Origin: Mobula hypostoma
Taxonomy: Eukaryota
Length of the DNA stretch: 64,000 nucleotides
Assembly: GCF_963921235.1 (NCBI RefSeq)
Contig: NC_086118.1
Span: forward strand, 41,292,001 to 41,356,000
Direction: 5' to 3'
Shown: positions 39,601 through 48,190 of the stretch, piece by piece
Numbering within the stretch: position 1 is the first letter of the stretch
How the letters are laid out: each line of letters starts with the position of its first letter
Made by a program: the position numbers and the translations under genes
Notes under the pieces: model-generated
What the model saw: the letters and a program-made list of their open reading frames with translations, nothing else
What the model was told of the DNA's origin: nothing
Database searches by the model: none

Positions 39601-42600
39601 TGATGAACTCACATTGACTTGAGTGTACTCTGTGTTACATTGACTGTTCTATTTATTATAAATTACTATGATTGCACATGGCACATTCAGATGGGGATGT
39701 AACGTAAATATTTTTACTCATGTATGTGAAGGATATAAGAAATAAGAAATAAAGTCAATTCAATACAATTCAATTCTCTCTCCCCTCCACCCTGCCTTCC
39801 ATAGGGATCACCTCTATGTAACTCCCTTGTCCACTCTTCCCTCACCACTGATCTTCCTCCTGGTTCTTATCCCTGCAAGCATGACAAGTGCAACTCCTTC
39901 TACACTTCCTCCCTCGCCACCATTCAGTGCCCAAATAGTCCTTCCCACCGATGCGACACTTCACATGTGTGTCTTTCGGGGCCATCTATAGTATCTACTG
40001 CTCCTGGTGTGCCTTCCTCGATAGGTGAGGCCCTATACAAATCAGGACCACTTCATCGAGTACCTTCACCGTGTCCACTGCAAAAGGCAGGATCTCCTGG
40101 TGGCTACCCATTTCAATTGACTTTCCATTCCCATAGAAACCATAGAAACTACAGCACAGAAACAGGCCTTTTGGCCCTTCTTGGCTGTGCCGAACCATTT
40201 TTTGCCTAGTCCCACTGACCTGCACACGGACCATATCCCTCCATACACCTCCCATCCATGTATCTGTCCAATTTATTCTTAAATGTTAAAAAAGAACCCA
40301 CATTTACCACCTCGTCTGGCAGCTCATTCCATACTCCCACCACTCTCTGTGTGAAGAAGCCCCCCCAATGTTCGCTTTAAACTTTTCCCCCCTCACCCTA
40401 AACCCATGTCCTCTGGTTTTTTTCTCCCCTTGCCTCAGTGGAAAAAGCCTGCTTGCATCCACTCTATCTATACCCATCATAATTTTATATGCCTCTATCA
40501 AATCTCCCCTCATTCTTCTACGCTCCAGGGAATAAAGTCCCAACCTATTCAACCTTTCTCTGTAACTGAGTTTCTCAAGTCCCGGCAACATCCTTGTAAA
40601 CCTTCCCTGCACTCTTTCAACCTTATTTATATCCTTCCTGTAATTTGGTGACCAAAATTACAGGTATTGGTGTGGGTGGAGAATTGGTTAGCAGACAGGA
40701 AGCAAAGAGTGGGAATAAACGGGACCTTTTCAGAATGGCAGGCGGTGACTAATGGGGTACCGCAAGGCTCAGTGCTGGGACCCCAGTTGTTTACAATATA
40801 TATTAATGACTTGGATGAGGGAATTAAATGCAGCATCTCCAAGTTTGCGGATGACACGAAGCTGGGTGGCAGTGTTAGCAGTGAGGAGGACGCTAAGAGG
40901 ATGCAGGGTGACTTGGATAGGTTGGGTGAGTGGGCAAACTCATGGCAAATGCAATTTAATGTGGATAAATGTGAAGTTATCCACTTTGGTGGCAAAAATA
41001 GGAAAACAGATTATTATCTGAATGGTGGCCGATTAGGAAAAGGGGAGGTGCAACGTGACCTGGGTGTCATTATACACCAGTCATTGAAAGTGGGCATGCA
41101 GGTACAGCAGGCGGTGAAAAAGGCGAATGGTATGCTGGCATTTATAGCGAGAGGATTCGAGTACAGGAGCAGGGAGGTACTACTGCAGTTGTACAAGGCC
41201 TTGGTGAGACCACACCTGGAGTATTGTGTGCAGTTTTGGTCCCCTAATCTGAGGAAAGACATCTTTGCCATAGAGGGAGTACAAAGAAGGTTCACCAGAT
41301 TGATTCCTGGGATGGCAGGACTTTCGTATGAAGAAAGACTGGATGAACTGGGCTTGTACTCGTTGGAATTTAGAAGATTGAGGGGGGATCTGATTGAAAC
41401 GTATAAGATCCTAAAGGGATTGGACAGGCTAGATGCAGGAAGATTGTTCCCGATGTTGGGGAAGTCCAGAACGAGGGGTCACAGTTTGAGGACAGAGGGG
41501 AAGCCTTTTAGGACTGAGATTAGGAAAAACTTCTTCACACAGAGAGTGGTGAATCTGTGGAATTCTCTGCCACAGGAAACTGTTGAGGCCGGTTCATTGG
41601 CTATGTTTAAGAGGGAGTTAGATATGGCCCTTGTGGCTACAGGGGTGAGGGGGTATGGAGGGAAGGCTGGGGCGGGGTTCTGAGTTGGATGATCAGCCAT
41701 GATCATAATAAATGGCGGTGCAGGCTCGAAGGGCCGAATGGCCTACTCCTGCACCTATTTTCTATGTTTCTATGTTTCAAAAACTGAACACAATACTCCA
41801 GATTCGGCCTCACCAATGCCTTATACAACCTCATCATAACATTCCAGCTCTTATACTCAATACTTTGATTAATAAAGGCCAATGTACCAACACCTCTGTT
41901 TACGACCTTATCTACCTGTGACGCCACTTTTAGGGAATTTTGTATCTGTATTCCCAGATCCCTCTGTTCCACTGCACTCCTCAGTGCCTTACCATTAACC
42001 CTGTATGTTCTACGTTGGTTTGTCCTTCCAACGTGCAATACCTCACACTTGTCAGTATTAAACTCCATCTGCCATTTTTTAGCCCATTTTTCCAGCTGGT
42101 TCAAGTCCCTCTGCAGGCTCTGAAAACCTTCCTCACTGTCTACTACACCTCCAATCTTTGTATCATCAGCAAACTTGCTGATCCAATTTACCACATTATC
42201 ATCCAGATCATTGATATAGATGACAAATAACAATGGACCCAGCACTGATCCCTGTGGCACACCACTAGTCACAGGCCTCCACTCAGAGAAGCAATTCTCT
42301 ACCACCACTCTCTGGCTTCTTCCATCGAGCCAATGTCTAATCCAATTTACCACCTCTCCATGTATACCTAGCGACTGAATTTTCCTAACTAACCTCCCAT
42401 GCGGGACCTTGTCAAAGGCCTTACTGAAGTCCATGTAGACAATATCCACTGCCTTCCCTTCATCCACTTTCCTGGTAACCTCCTCGAAAAACTCCAATAG
42501 ATTGGTCAAACATGACCTACGACGCACAAAGCCATGTTGACTCTCCCTAATAAGTCCCAGTCTATCCAAATGCTTGTAGGTTCTGTCTCTTAGTACTCCC

Positions 42601-45600
42601 TCCAATAACTTACCTACTACCGATGTTAAACTTACTGGCCTATAATTTCCCGGATTACTTTTCGATCCTTTTTTAAACAACGGAACAACATGAGCCACTC
42701 TCCAATCCTGCGGCACCTCACCTGTAGACAGCGATATTTTAAATATTTCTTCCAGGGCCCCTGAAATTTCAACACCAGTCTCCTTCAAGGTCCGAGGGAA
42801 CACCCTGTCAGGTCCCGGGGATTTATCCACTTTAATTTTCCTCAAGACAGCAAGGACCTCCTCCTTTTCGATCTGTACAGTTTCCATGATCTCACTACTT
42901 GTTTCCCTTAATTCCATAGACTTCATGCCAGTTTCCTTAGTAAACACAGACGCAAAAAAAATTGACTTTTGACTTTTTGACTTTCCATTCCCATTTCGTT
43001 CATGGTCTCCTTTAGGATGAGACCAAACTCCAGTTGGAAGAGCAACACCTCACATTCTGCCTGGGTAACCTCCACTCTGATGATATGAACATCAATTTCT
43101 CTTAACTTCTGGTAATTCCTCCCCCACTCCCCTCACTCTCTTCCCTATTCTGATTACCCTCTCACCTATTCTCCTCACCAGCCCAACACCTCCCTCAGAT
43201 TACCCTCCTCCTCCTCTTTCTCCCGTGGTCCACTATCCTCTCTATTAGATTCCTCCTTCTTCAACCCTTTACCTCTTCCATCTATCACCTCCCAGCATCT
43301 CACATCATCAAGTCCCTCCTAAACCCACACACCTTCCCCCTCTCCTGGTCTCACCTATCACCTGTCAGCTAGTACTCCTCCTCCCTCCATCTTCCATCTT
43401 CTTCTTCTGGCTTCTGCCCTCTTCCTCTCCAGTCCTGATGAAGGGTCTCAGCCTGAAATGTCAGCTGTTTATTTCCTCCATTGATGCTGCCTGACTTGCT
43501 GAGCTGTTCTAGTAATTTGTGTGTGTTGATCAAGATTTCCAGCATCTGCAGATTCTCTTGTATGTATACTGTAAATCTCACTTGTATCGCATCATCACGA
43601 CTCTACAAGGTATAATTATTGTTATGATTAATTCTAAAATTGTTTTTGAGAGTGAGATTTGCTGTTTGTTAAGATTTTGTTTGTCCATTGAACCAACTAC
43701 AGTTGGGAACAAGAATGCCTGGGAATCCCTCCATTCTCCGTCTCTCTCTCCTTCCCTCTCTTTCTAACCTCTTTCCCTTTCCCNNNNNNNNNNNNNNNNN
43801 NNNNNNNNNNNNNNNNNNNNNNNNNNNNNNNNNNNNNNNNNNNNNNNNNNNNNNNNNNNNNNNNNNNNNNNNNNNNNNNNNNNNNNNNNNNNNNNNNNNN
43901 NNNNNNNNNNNNNNNNNNNNNNNNNNNNNNNNNNNNNNNNNNNNNNNNNNNNNNNNNNNNNNNNNNNNNNNNNNNNNNNNNNNNNNNNCTCCCTCTCTCT
44001 CCCCTTTTCTCCCTCTCTCTCCCCTTTTCTCCCTCTCTCTTCCCCTTTTCCCTTTCCCTCTCCCCCTTTCTCCCTTTCCCCTCCTCTCTCCCTCTCCCCT
44101 CCTTTCTCCCTCTCTCTCCCTCTCCCAACAGCCCCAATTTAACCCTAACCTAATCACAGGACAATTTACAATGACTAATTAGCCTACCTGGTACGTCTTT
44201 GCATGCTGTGGGAGGGAACTGGAGGACCTGGAGAAAACCCATGTGTTGCACAGGGAGGACGTGCAGAGACTACTTAAGAGAGGAGTTGAACTCTGAACTC
44301 TGCATCCCGAGCTGTAATAGCATTGCGCTAACCGCTACACTACCGTGGCTGTCTGGTGTTCTAATGTGTATATATGTTATATATTACATTCGAACACTAT
44401 TCCATAATGAACAGGCTAACATGCTCCAATGGAGTATTAACACCAGAGAAAGGAAGCATTTGATTAAATGATTCCATGTGGTGTTTTCACTCCACGCTCG
44501 AATCCTCTTGACCTTTCTTCTAACTGCATAGGTTAATATTCTTTCCTTTCATCCTAATGTGCTTACTTAATTTTTCCTTGAAGTTACCTGTACCGTATGC
44601 TCAGAATATTCCCCTTGGCAGCATGTTCTTTTGGACGTATCAGTGACTATTTTATATTTATAGTCTAAAATAGTGGTCACTTCAGCATGGAATCCAAATT
44701 AGTCAACTAAGATTCTAGTCGCATCCAGTGTTCCTGAAAATTCAGAGAGTTGGAGTTAACATTGTTTCTTTTCACCCTGACAGGACCCATTTGAGAGAAT
44801 CCCTGAGACTTACAAGGAGCGCTTGCTGCCTACTGAAGAGGCAGAGCTGAAGACATTTTTTGCAACTACTGACGTGAATGCATTTCTGTGGGAGCTCCAT
44901 GAGATCCTGATGCTGAAGACTACGCAGAGCAATGACGAGGATAACTTCCAACCTATTTGGGGGTAATGTATACCTGTAGTTACAGTGTTCCTAAAGGAAA
45001 CGATGCAACTGGTCGGCTCCTCGGCATCTGAAAGAGACATTAAGTTAGGCAGATATATTCACTTCCCAATGCTGCCTGATTTACTTTCTATTTTCCCTAA
45101 TGAATTATAAAATTGAATCAAATGTAAAAATGGCAACCCTTCAGTGTCTTTCAGTTTCCTGCTGGTTGGCTTGAGGTAATTGTGTGTAATGTCTGAATGT
45201 TTTCAAGAATGATCCTTGGAAAATATTTCATACACCAAAGATTTTTTGAGAATTGCCTGTCATCCCCTGATAAGTTACAGGAGATTCAGAATGTCTGCAT
45301 GATTGCCAAATTAGTAGAGCTGTATGTTTGTGTGTTGTTGACTCTCCATGCACTGGAAATTCTGGGCTATTGTGTAAAGACATCAGGCTCAAAGTATCTA
45401 TTAATTTGTGAGAACATTGTCCTTCTGATCTATCAACTGATATATCCAATCAACTGCATGTTATACTCAGTTTGAGTAGCCTCCAACCTGACAGCATGAA
45501 CACTGATTTCTATAATTTGCAATAACTTCTCCCCCTCCCCTTTTTGTCTTTTCCATTCTGTATTCTGATTCCCCTCATACCACATCCCTTCTCACCAGCC

Positions 45601-47781
45601 CCTCACCTCCTTCTGGTGCCCCTCTGCCTTTCTCCCATGGTCCATTCTCCTCTCCTATCAGATTCCTTCTTCTTCAGCCCTTGGACTTTTCCACCTATCA
45701 CCTCCCAGTTTCTTACTTCATCGCACCCCACCACTGCAACCCACCCACCTCCCAACTTGTATTTCTTCCCTTTGCCCCACCTTCTTATTCTGGCTTCTTC
45801 CCTCTCCTTTTCCAGGACTGATAAAGGGTCTCACCTCAAAACATTGACTGTTTATTCCCTTCCATAGACACTACCTGGCCTGCTGAGTTTTTGTAGCATT
45901 TTGTGTGTTGCTCAATATATTAACTCACCTGATCATGGTATCCTATGAGTTTGTTCATACTATCTCGCTTGATCAATTTTTCTAAATGCCAGCTAAACTT
46001 TGAACCAATGGCTAGGCCTGGGAAAAAAAGCTAAACTCTTGAGCCCTCAAACCTGAATTTCTTTATTTTAGTTGGAATTTAAAATTATTTAACATTTTGC
46101 AAAAACTCAATGTCTTGTATTTAACATCTTGCAGAAACTCAAGTAAGCCCATTAATATTTTTGGTGTAGCCCCTCCCTGCTGCAATCTTTCTTTCTCTTT
46201 TCCTTCCTTATGAACTCATCCTCTTTGAATCTTGATTAGATTTATTGTCTGGCTTGCTTTGCATCAGGGTGCCAGACACAGAAAAAACCTTTAGAAACTG
46301 GAGGCTGATTTTCCTGGTGGGTTATGCAGTGAATAGATGACATTTTTTGAGGTGTTTTTCAGTGTTTGATGTGGTCCAAAATTTCCAACAGGACGTGATT
46401 TGGCTATTCACAGAACACGCTTTATATTAGGACAAAGACAATGAAATTACATAATGCAAGCTATTCCCTTTTATTTAATCCAAAATGTTATGCTACCGGC
46501 AAAAGGGCTGGCTGACATTTACATACCAACTGTGGCTTGGACGTGGATCGTTTTGATTGAAGTAGAAATCTTAAAATATTTTCTACATCAAATGAGAATG
46601 TGCAGCATCAGTCCCCTCAGCAAACCTTGCCCTTCAAAGGATAGCTGCCCTGCAGTGGTGCTGATCCAAGCCTTGCAGACCCACACGGAGTCATAGATTC
46701 ACACTTTCGGCCTACCATGTCCAAGCCACATGTTGTACAAATCTACACCAAGCCCATTCTAGGTCCGTAGCTTTCAGTTCAAGTATCTGTCCAGATGCTT
46801 CTTAAATGTCCTGGTAAGACCTGCCTCCACTGCTTCTTCAGGGAACATTTTCCAGACTCCAATCACTTTGTGTGAAAAAAATCCAAAGAACAGGGAGGAT
46901 TTCCTTAATGTCCTGGGTGATACTTAATTTCTCATCAACATCTCTAAAACAGATTTTCTGGTCGTCATCACATTGCCGTTTATGAGAATTTGTTGCCATA
47001 AATTGGCTGACAAATTTCTCAGATTACTTCAGAATTATTGGGTAGAATAAGTCTGGGTGGTTCTTGATTGAATTGACAGACTGGGACTTGAGGACCTGAG
47101 TTATAAGGAAATGTTGAATAGGTTTGGACCTTATTCCCTGGAGCATAGGAGTATGAGTGGAAATTTGACAGAGGAAAACAAAATTACAAGGGGTATAGAT
47201 AGGGTAAATGCAAGCATGCCTTTTCCACTGAGGTTCAGTGAGACTATAGCCAGAGGTCATGGGTTAAGGGTGAAAGATGAAAGGGAACATGGGGGGGAGC
47301 TTCTTCACTCAGAGGGTGGTGGGAGTGGTGAATGTTCGTTTGACTTTAACATTTAAGCGAAGTTTGGCTAAGTACATGAATGGGAGCGATATGGATGGCT
47401 ATTGTCCAGGTGTGGGTCAATGGAAGTAGGCAGAGCAATAGGTCAGCATGGACTAGATGGGCTGAAGGGCCTGTAACTGTGCTGCAGTGTGCTACAATAT
47501 GATGAACTGAGTGGCTGCCTTTGTATAACTGGTTGTAAAGTAGATTGTGATTTGTTGAGACCGAGAGAGAGATTACATAAATACAACCTTTCTTTAATGT
47601 TTAATGTTCGTAACACTGATTTTGTTTTTCTTTCAGTCTCAATCAAACTCTTTCAAATTACCTGGACACCAAAGGTGTTGACACCCTCCCAGGATTGGAA
47701 GAAAATCTTTCTGATGGAATAACTCTAGCCAAAGCAATCCACACATGGATACTTGCAGTAGATTTCAAGAAAGCCATTTGA
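599..47781 (+). CDS. RNF213: RNF213 (mysterin) family E3 ubiquitin ligase, 3' part: 15 coding exons from the RZ finger to the stop codon; the 5' part lies upstream of the window
   Basis: join(599..633,4532..4629,9634..9790,11717..11882,15235..15332,17711..17956,22872..23004,23258..23347,24077..24239,26182..26383,26462..26539,29931..30128,37224..37313,44784..44962,47637..47781) = 2078 nt. All introns are GT-AG with compatible phases and no internal stop. Motifs [56 protein letters not shown] and ELHEIL match the human RNF213 C-terminal ~700 aa as recalled. Confidence 0.95.
1773..2043 (+). mobile_element. Possible LTR remnant (Gypsy-like)
   Basis: TGTTG...TAACA ends, with TATAAAA and AGTAAA inside, followed by PBS-like GTGACGA. 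No TSD seen. Confidence 0.35.
3351..3630 (+). mobile_element. V-SINE (HE1-like tRNA SINE)
   Basis: A box TAGCGTAGTGG, B box GGTTCAATTCC, V-domain GGGTTTCCTCCAGGTGCTCTGGTTTCCTCCCACAGTCCAAAGAC and a CR1-like tail. Confidence 0.85.
3846..3998. other. Assembly gap (153 N)
   Basis: Run of N. Confidence 1.
4130..4330 (+). mobile_element. Penelope-like element 3'/pLTR fragment with a degenerate hammerhead motif
   Basis: GTCCTGAAGAAGAGTCTCGGCCCAAAACGTTGAC. Homologous to the 3' end of the GIY-YIG-bearing copy at 30424-31050. Confidence 0.75.
4532..4629 (+). CDS. RNF213: RNF213 exon b (RZ finger C-half): [32 protein letters not shown]
   Basis: gacag|TGT...AG|gtatgt. Matches human CGRPMEQSICIDCHAPIGGIDHKPRDGF. 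Confidence 0.95.
4810..4970 (+). mobile_element. V-SINE, 3' truncated or interrupted
   Basis: B box GGTTCATTTCC and a V-domain. Confidence 0.75.
4972..5310. mobile_element. Probable non-autonomous DNA transposon fragment
   Basis: Inverted CAGACATCCCACC/GGTGGAATGTCTG, GGGAGACTCCCGGAA subterminal motif, AGCTAGC/AACGTTAGC motifs. CpG-retaining relative to the flanks. Confidence 0.45.
5315..5617. repeat. Low-complexity (CT/CTCG/CTTG)n repeat
   Basis: Degenerate CTCGCTCT tandem tract. It explains the spurious ORFs at 5281-5702. Confidence 0.95.
6335..6695 (-). mobile_element. SINE or RTE-tail retroposon fragment
   Basis: (ATG)n-type tail on the minus strand and an RTE-like GAAGGCAATGG..AACCA motif. 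Confidence 0.5.
7470..8003 (-). mobile_element. Solo LTR (534 bp) with 5-bp TSD, inserted in an old CR1 fragment (~7260-8345)
   Basis: TG...CA termini, with GTATT at both 7465-7469 and 8004-8008. TATAAAT and AATAAA occur in the expected order on the minus strand. Confidence 0.85.
8351..8730 (-). mobile_element. CR1 LINE 3' end (same subfamily as 60070-61200 and 51460-51720)
   Basis: CATAAGAC tandem tail and the ORF2 C-terminus [19 protein letters not shown]...TRGH. Confidence 0.9.
8870..9420 (-). mobile_element. Rex1/Babar-type LINE 3' fragment
   Basis: Decayed ORF2 end (LTCCITIWY...KRLQSVV). Homologous to many copies in the window. Confidence 0.75.
9634..9790 (+). CDS. RNF213: RNF213 exon c: [52 protein letters not shown]
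   Basis: ttctag| ... CAG|gtaact. TGHxLG and RxLTH motifs. Confidence 0.95.
10576..10864. repeat. ~290-bp palindrome, probably Penelope-like (second family), with decayed hammerhead cores
   Basis: Arms ~10576-10712 and ~10737-10864 around CCAATCAGCTGATTG. Each arm carries CTGATGA...GAA(C/T)GTTTGC. Confidence 0.75.
11717..11882 (+). CDS. RNF213: RNF213 exon d: [55 protein letters not shown]
   Basis: ttgcag| ... G|gtaaca. FLxxHxxKDxxQL..LG and HLV motifs. Confidence 0.95.
12535..13275 (-). mobile_element. Rex1/Babar-type LINE 3' fragment
   Basis: FKFLGV...[15 protein letters not shown]...[11 protein letters not shown] (ORF 12897-13205). Confidence 0.85.
14035..15128 (-). mobile_element. Internally deleted hAT (Charlie-like) DNA transposon, inserted in a CR1 3' fragment
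   Basis: TIRs TAGTGGTCGCCAAC/GTTGGTGACCACTG and an 8-bp TSD AACTAGAA/GACTAGAA (7 of 8 match). Minus-strand transposase C-terminus [21 protein letters not shown]...[16 protein letters not shown] (14347-14480). Confidence 0.9.
15235..15332 (+). CDS. RNF213: RNF213 exon e: [33 protein letters not shown]
   Basis: tcccag| ... GAG|gttagt. LSxKExRNxWE..ISPxLE motif. Not in the ORF track because it is short. Confidence 0.93.
15427..15750 (-). mobile_element. Non-autonomous Tc1/mariner fragment
   Basis: CACTCATTGCCCACTTTATTAGG terminal motif and the [26 protein letters not shown] remnant. Confidence 0.8.
15988..16235 (+). mobile_element. V-SINE (diverged)
   Basis: A/B boxes and V-domain GGGTGCTCCTGTTTCATCCCACAGTCTAAAGAC. 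Confidence 0.75.
16555..16762. mobile_element. Palindromic Penelope-like pLTR remnant
   Basis: Arms ~16600-16670 and ~16691-16760. The mirror ORFs 16532-16720(-) and 16641-16865(+) reflect the symmetry. Confidence 0.8.
17711..17956 (+). CDS. RNF213: RNF213 exon f: [32 protein letters not shown]...[18 protein letters not shown]
   Basis: ctccag| ... AAG|gtaact. YGDP and PILWxFLQK motifs. Confidence 0.96.
18520..19070 (+). mobile_element. L1/Tx1-like LINE 3' end with poly(A), within a Rex-like fragment
   Basis: Frameshifted remnant [11 protein letters not shown]...KFYQIW, an AT-rich 3' UTR, AATAAA and an A tail at ~19050-19070. Confidence 0.6.
20255..21050 (+). mobile_element. CR1 3' fragments (one nested in another)
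   Basis: VQRR...IPGM and TTTAGCCAGAGGGTGGTGAATCTGTGGAA motifs, with two 3' tails. Confidence 0.85.
21678..21862. mobile_element. Palindromic Penelope-like pLTR remnant inside a Rex1 3' UTR (~21300-21920)
   Basis: Arms ~21717-21785 and ~21795-21862. Confidence 0.8.
22388..22705 (+). mobile_element. V-domain tRNA SINE with a (TAATC)n tail
   Basis: V-domain GGTGCTCCAGTTTGCTCCCACATTCCAAAG, then AATAAAGTTAATCTTAATC. Confidence 0.75.
22872..23004 (+). CDS. RNF213: RNF213 exon g: [44 protein letters not shown] (exon homologous to the human R4810 exon)
   Basis: ttatag| ... G|gtaaga. KxLPxxxxLQ motif. Confidence 0.94.
23258..23347 (+). CDS. RNF213: RNF213 exon h: [30 protein letters not shown]
   Basis: ttctag| ... 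A|gtgagt. RIxxFLxxWNxLR motif. Confidence 0.94.
23759..24005 (+). mobile_element. Non-autonomous Tc1/mariner element
   Basis: TA|CACTCACTTTATTAGG ... CCTAATAAAGTGGTTCTGAGTG|TA. Confidence 0.8.
24077..24239 (+). CDS. RNF213: RNF213 exon i: [54 protein letters not shown]
   Basis: tttcag| ... AA|gtaagt. LLPxxxGLGLCAT motif. Confidence 0.95.
24500..25600. mobile_element. Rex1/Babar-type LINE 3' fragments (a + copy at ~24680-25070 nested in a - copy)
   Basis: [25 protein letters not shown] on the minus strand. HPGHSLF..L...KRFR on the plus strand with an (ATTCA)n tail. Confidence 0.8.
26182..26383 (+). CDS. RNF213: RNF213 exon j: [67 protein letters not shown]
   Basis: tggtag| ... TCG|gtaagc. 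PLxLSNCQY and LxGKP motifs. Confidence 0.96.
26462..26539 (+). CDS. RNF213: RNF213 exon k: [26 protein letters not shown]
   Basis: ttacag| ... CAG|gtattt. IP..V.R...NY...F motif. Confidence 0.92.
26622..27202 (+). mobile_element. CR1 3' end, young subfamily (near-identical to 41196-41776)
   Basis: [13 protein letters not shown]...[12 protein letters not shown], ending in a TTTCTATG tandem tail. Confidence 0.92.
27550..28032 (+). mobile_element. Rex1/Babar-type 3' fragment
   Basis: [34 protein letters not shown] and a (TTTGAAC)n tail. Confidence 0.85.
28485..29220 (-). mobile_element. V-SINE (~28485-28757) adjacent to a CR1 3' fragment (~28760-29220)
   Basis: Minus strand shows A/B boxes with a V-domain, and [18 protein letters not shown]. 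Confidence 0.85.
29295..29600 (-). mobile_element. Penelope-like 3' fragment
   Basis: Reverse complement of the recurrent pLTR sequence, with a degenerate hammerhead core. Confidence 0.75.
29931..30128 (+). CDS. RNF213: RNF213 exon l: [66 protein letters not shown]
   Basis: gttcag| ... AAG|gtcagt. SYSDxC and GFLxTAGG motifs. Confidence 0.96.
30424..31050 (+). mobile_element. Young Penelope-like element 3' end: GIY-YIG endonuclease C-terminus plus pLTR with hammerhead
   Basis: 30424-30657 reads [28 protein letters not shown]...[28 protein letters not shown] (R..EH, HF, E and P.G.N motifs). It is inserted in a Rex1 3' fragment. Confidence 0.88.
30952..30987 (+). ncRNA. Minimal type I hammerhead ribozyme motif (Penelope-associated)
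   Basis: AGTC-CTGACGA-AGGGTCTCGGCCT-GAAACGTC-GACT: stem I AGTC/GACT, core CUGANGA and GAAA, short stem II, palindromic ACGU stem III, GUC cleavage triplet. Confidence 0.7.
31866..33482 (+). mobile_element. Full-length decayed Tc1-like (DD34E, Passport-like) DNA transposon
   Basis: TA flanks at 31864-65 and 33483-84, and ~200-bp IR/DR TIRs. Transposase pseudogene 32260-33262: MKTKEHSK..., [22 protein letters not shown]-(34)[11 protein letters not shown], AAKGASTKY*, with stops and frameshifts. Confidence 0.93.
33510..36765 (+). mobile_element. Near full-length (5'-truncated) CR1 LINE: ORF1 esterase C-terminus plus ORF2 APE-RT, pseudogenised
   Basis: ORF1 VAISGLLP...LNTWLRRWC...DGLYLN; APE IAETWL, MGDFNFP, SDH; [21 protein letters not shown]. 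Several frameshifts and stops. Confidence 0.95.
36877..36912 (-). ncRNA. Minimal hammerhead ribozyme motif, minus strand
   Basis: Reverse complement reads AGTC CTGACGA AGGGTCTTGGCCT GAAACGTC GACT. Confidence 0.65.
36934..36969 (+). ncRNA. Minimal hammerhead ribozyme motif, plus strand
   Basis: Identical to 30952-30987. Confidence 0.68.
37224..37313 (+). CDS. RNF213: RNF213 exon m: [30 protein letters not shown]
   Basis: tgccag| ... AAG|gtaaga. CxLKHxxxLWQxLSxxKSE motif. Confidence 0.95.
37322..37965 (+). mobile_element. Rex1/Babar-type 3' fragment
   Basis: [12 protein letters not shown]... remnant and a TTTGAACCTGAA tail. Confidence 0.85.
38495..39775 (+). mobile_element. Rex1/Babar LINE, internally deleted
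   Basis: RT N-terminus [14 protein letters not shown]...[12 protein letters not shown]...WRPVALTS (38612-39193) and a (CAATT)n tail. Confidence 0.9.
40135..42960 (-). mobile_element. CR1 LINE (5'-truncated), interrupted at 40660-41776, flanked by an 18-bp duplication
   Basis: RT ORF 41777-42947 (FADDTK) continues into 40135-40657 (WSPNYRKD...[10 protein letters not shown]). TTGACTTTCCATTCCCAT occurs at 40117-40134 and 42977-42994. Confidence 0.93.
40660..41776 (+). mobile_element. Young CR1 3' portion with an uninterrupted 338-aa frame
   Basis: [10 protein letters not shown] and FADDTK motifs, TTTCTATG tail. Confidence 0.95.
43735..44125. repeat. Polypyrimidine (CT/CCCT)n tract spanning an assembly gap (N 43784-43988)
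   Basis: Directly visible. Confidence 0.95.
44128..44350 (-). mobile_element. V-SINE
   Basis: Minus-strand A box GGTAGTGTAGCGGTTAG and a V-domain. Confidence 0.75.
44784..44962 (+). CDS. RNF213: RNF213 exon n: [59 protein letters not shown]
   Basis: tgacag| ... GG|gtaatg. PF..I...YK and AFLxELHE motifs. Confidence 0.95.
45465..45915 (+). mobile_element. Old Penelope-like 3' fragment
   Basis: AGCCTCCAACCTGACAGCATGAAC (LQPDSMN), a pyrimidine-rich UTR and a degenerate hammerhead. Confidence 0.8.
47080..47500 (+). mobile_element. CR1 3' fragment
   Basis: YSLEHR...RGIDRVNA...ARGHGLRV. Confidence 0.85.
47637..47781 (+). CDS. RNF213: RNF213 terminal coding exon: [48 protein letters not shown]
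   Basis: tttcag| acceptor with a phase-2 join and TGA at 47779-47781. LxxTLxxYxxTK...W motif of the RNF213 C-terminus. Confidence 0.93.
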
Positions 47782-48184
47782 CAGGGTCACTCTTGCAAAT
47801 ATGCAGCATCGTTTCTGCACTGCTGTTTTAGTGATGATAAAATTGGGTAAATTTCTTTTACTGTGAGATTGTTATAATAGTGCTCTTATTCAATATTGCA
47901 CTAATTTCACAGGTGACTACTCGTAAGTGAATTATTTAACAATAAGTATGCTGTAGAAGGAGAAAATTCAATTTCTTGAATGGGTTATACAATGGGAAAT
48001 ATTCGATTACAAAATGGTACATTTAAAATTGTACAAAGTGGTAGGCCAGTTAAATAGAATAACAGACTTGACAGCTTCACAAATTACTGCAGTGAACACA
48101 TGCCACCATTTGGTTCTCAGGTAACATAGTTCTATGCTGAAGTCTCAGAAGATGTGACTGCATTCATTTCTGGGTCAATTTGAG

Positions 48185-48190
48185 AATAAA
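48185..48190 (+). promoter_or_regulatory. Candidate polyadenylation signal for RNF213
   Basis: First AATAAA I found after the stop codon (~400 nt 3' UTR). Others follow near 48454 and 48565, so the one used is unknown. Confidence 0.4.

Larger units (their letters stand above)
38120..43560 (+). mobile_element. Old Penelope-like element split into ~38120-38490, ~39775-40134 and ~42977-43560 by nested insertions
   Basis: Decayed RT-to-GIY-YIG pieces (MSSFFKR..., [13 protein letters not shown]...[12 protein letters not shown]; GATCTCCTGGTGGCTACCCATTTCAATT; GGAAGAGCAACACCTC) colinear with the 30424 copy, ending in the pLTR. Confidence 0.8.
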
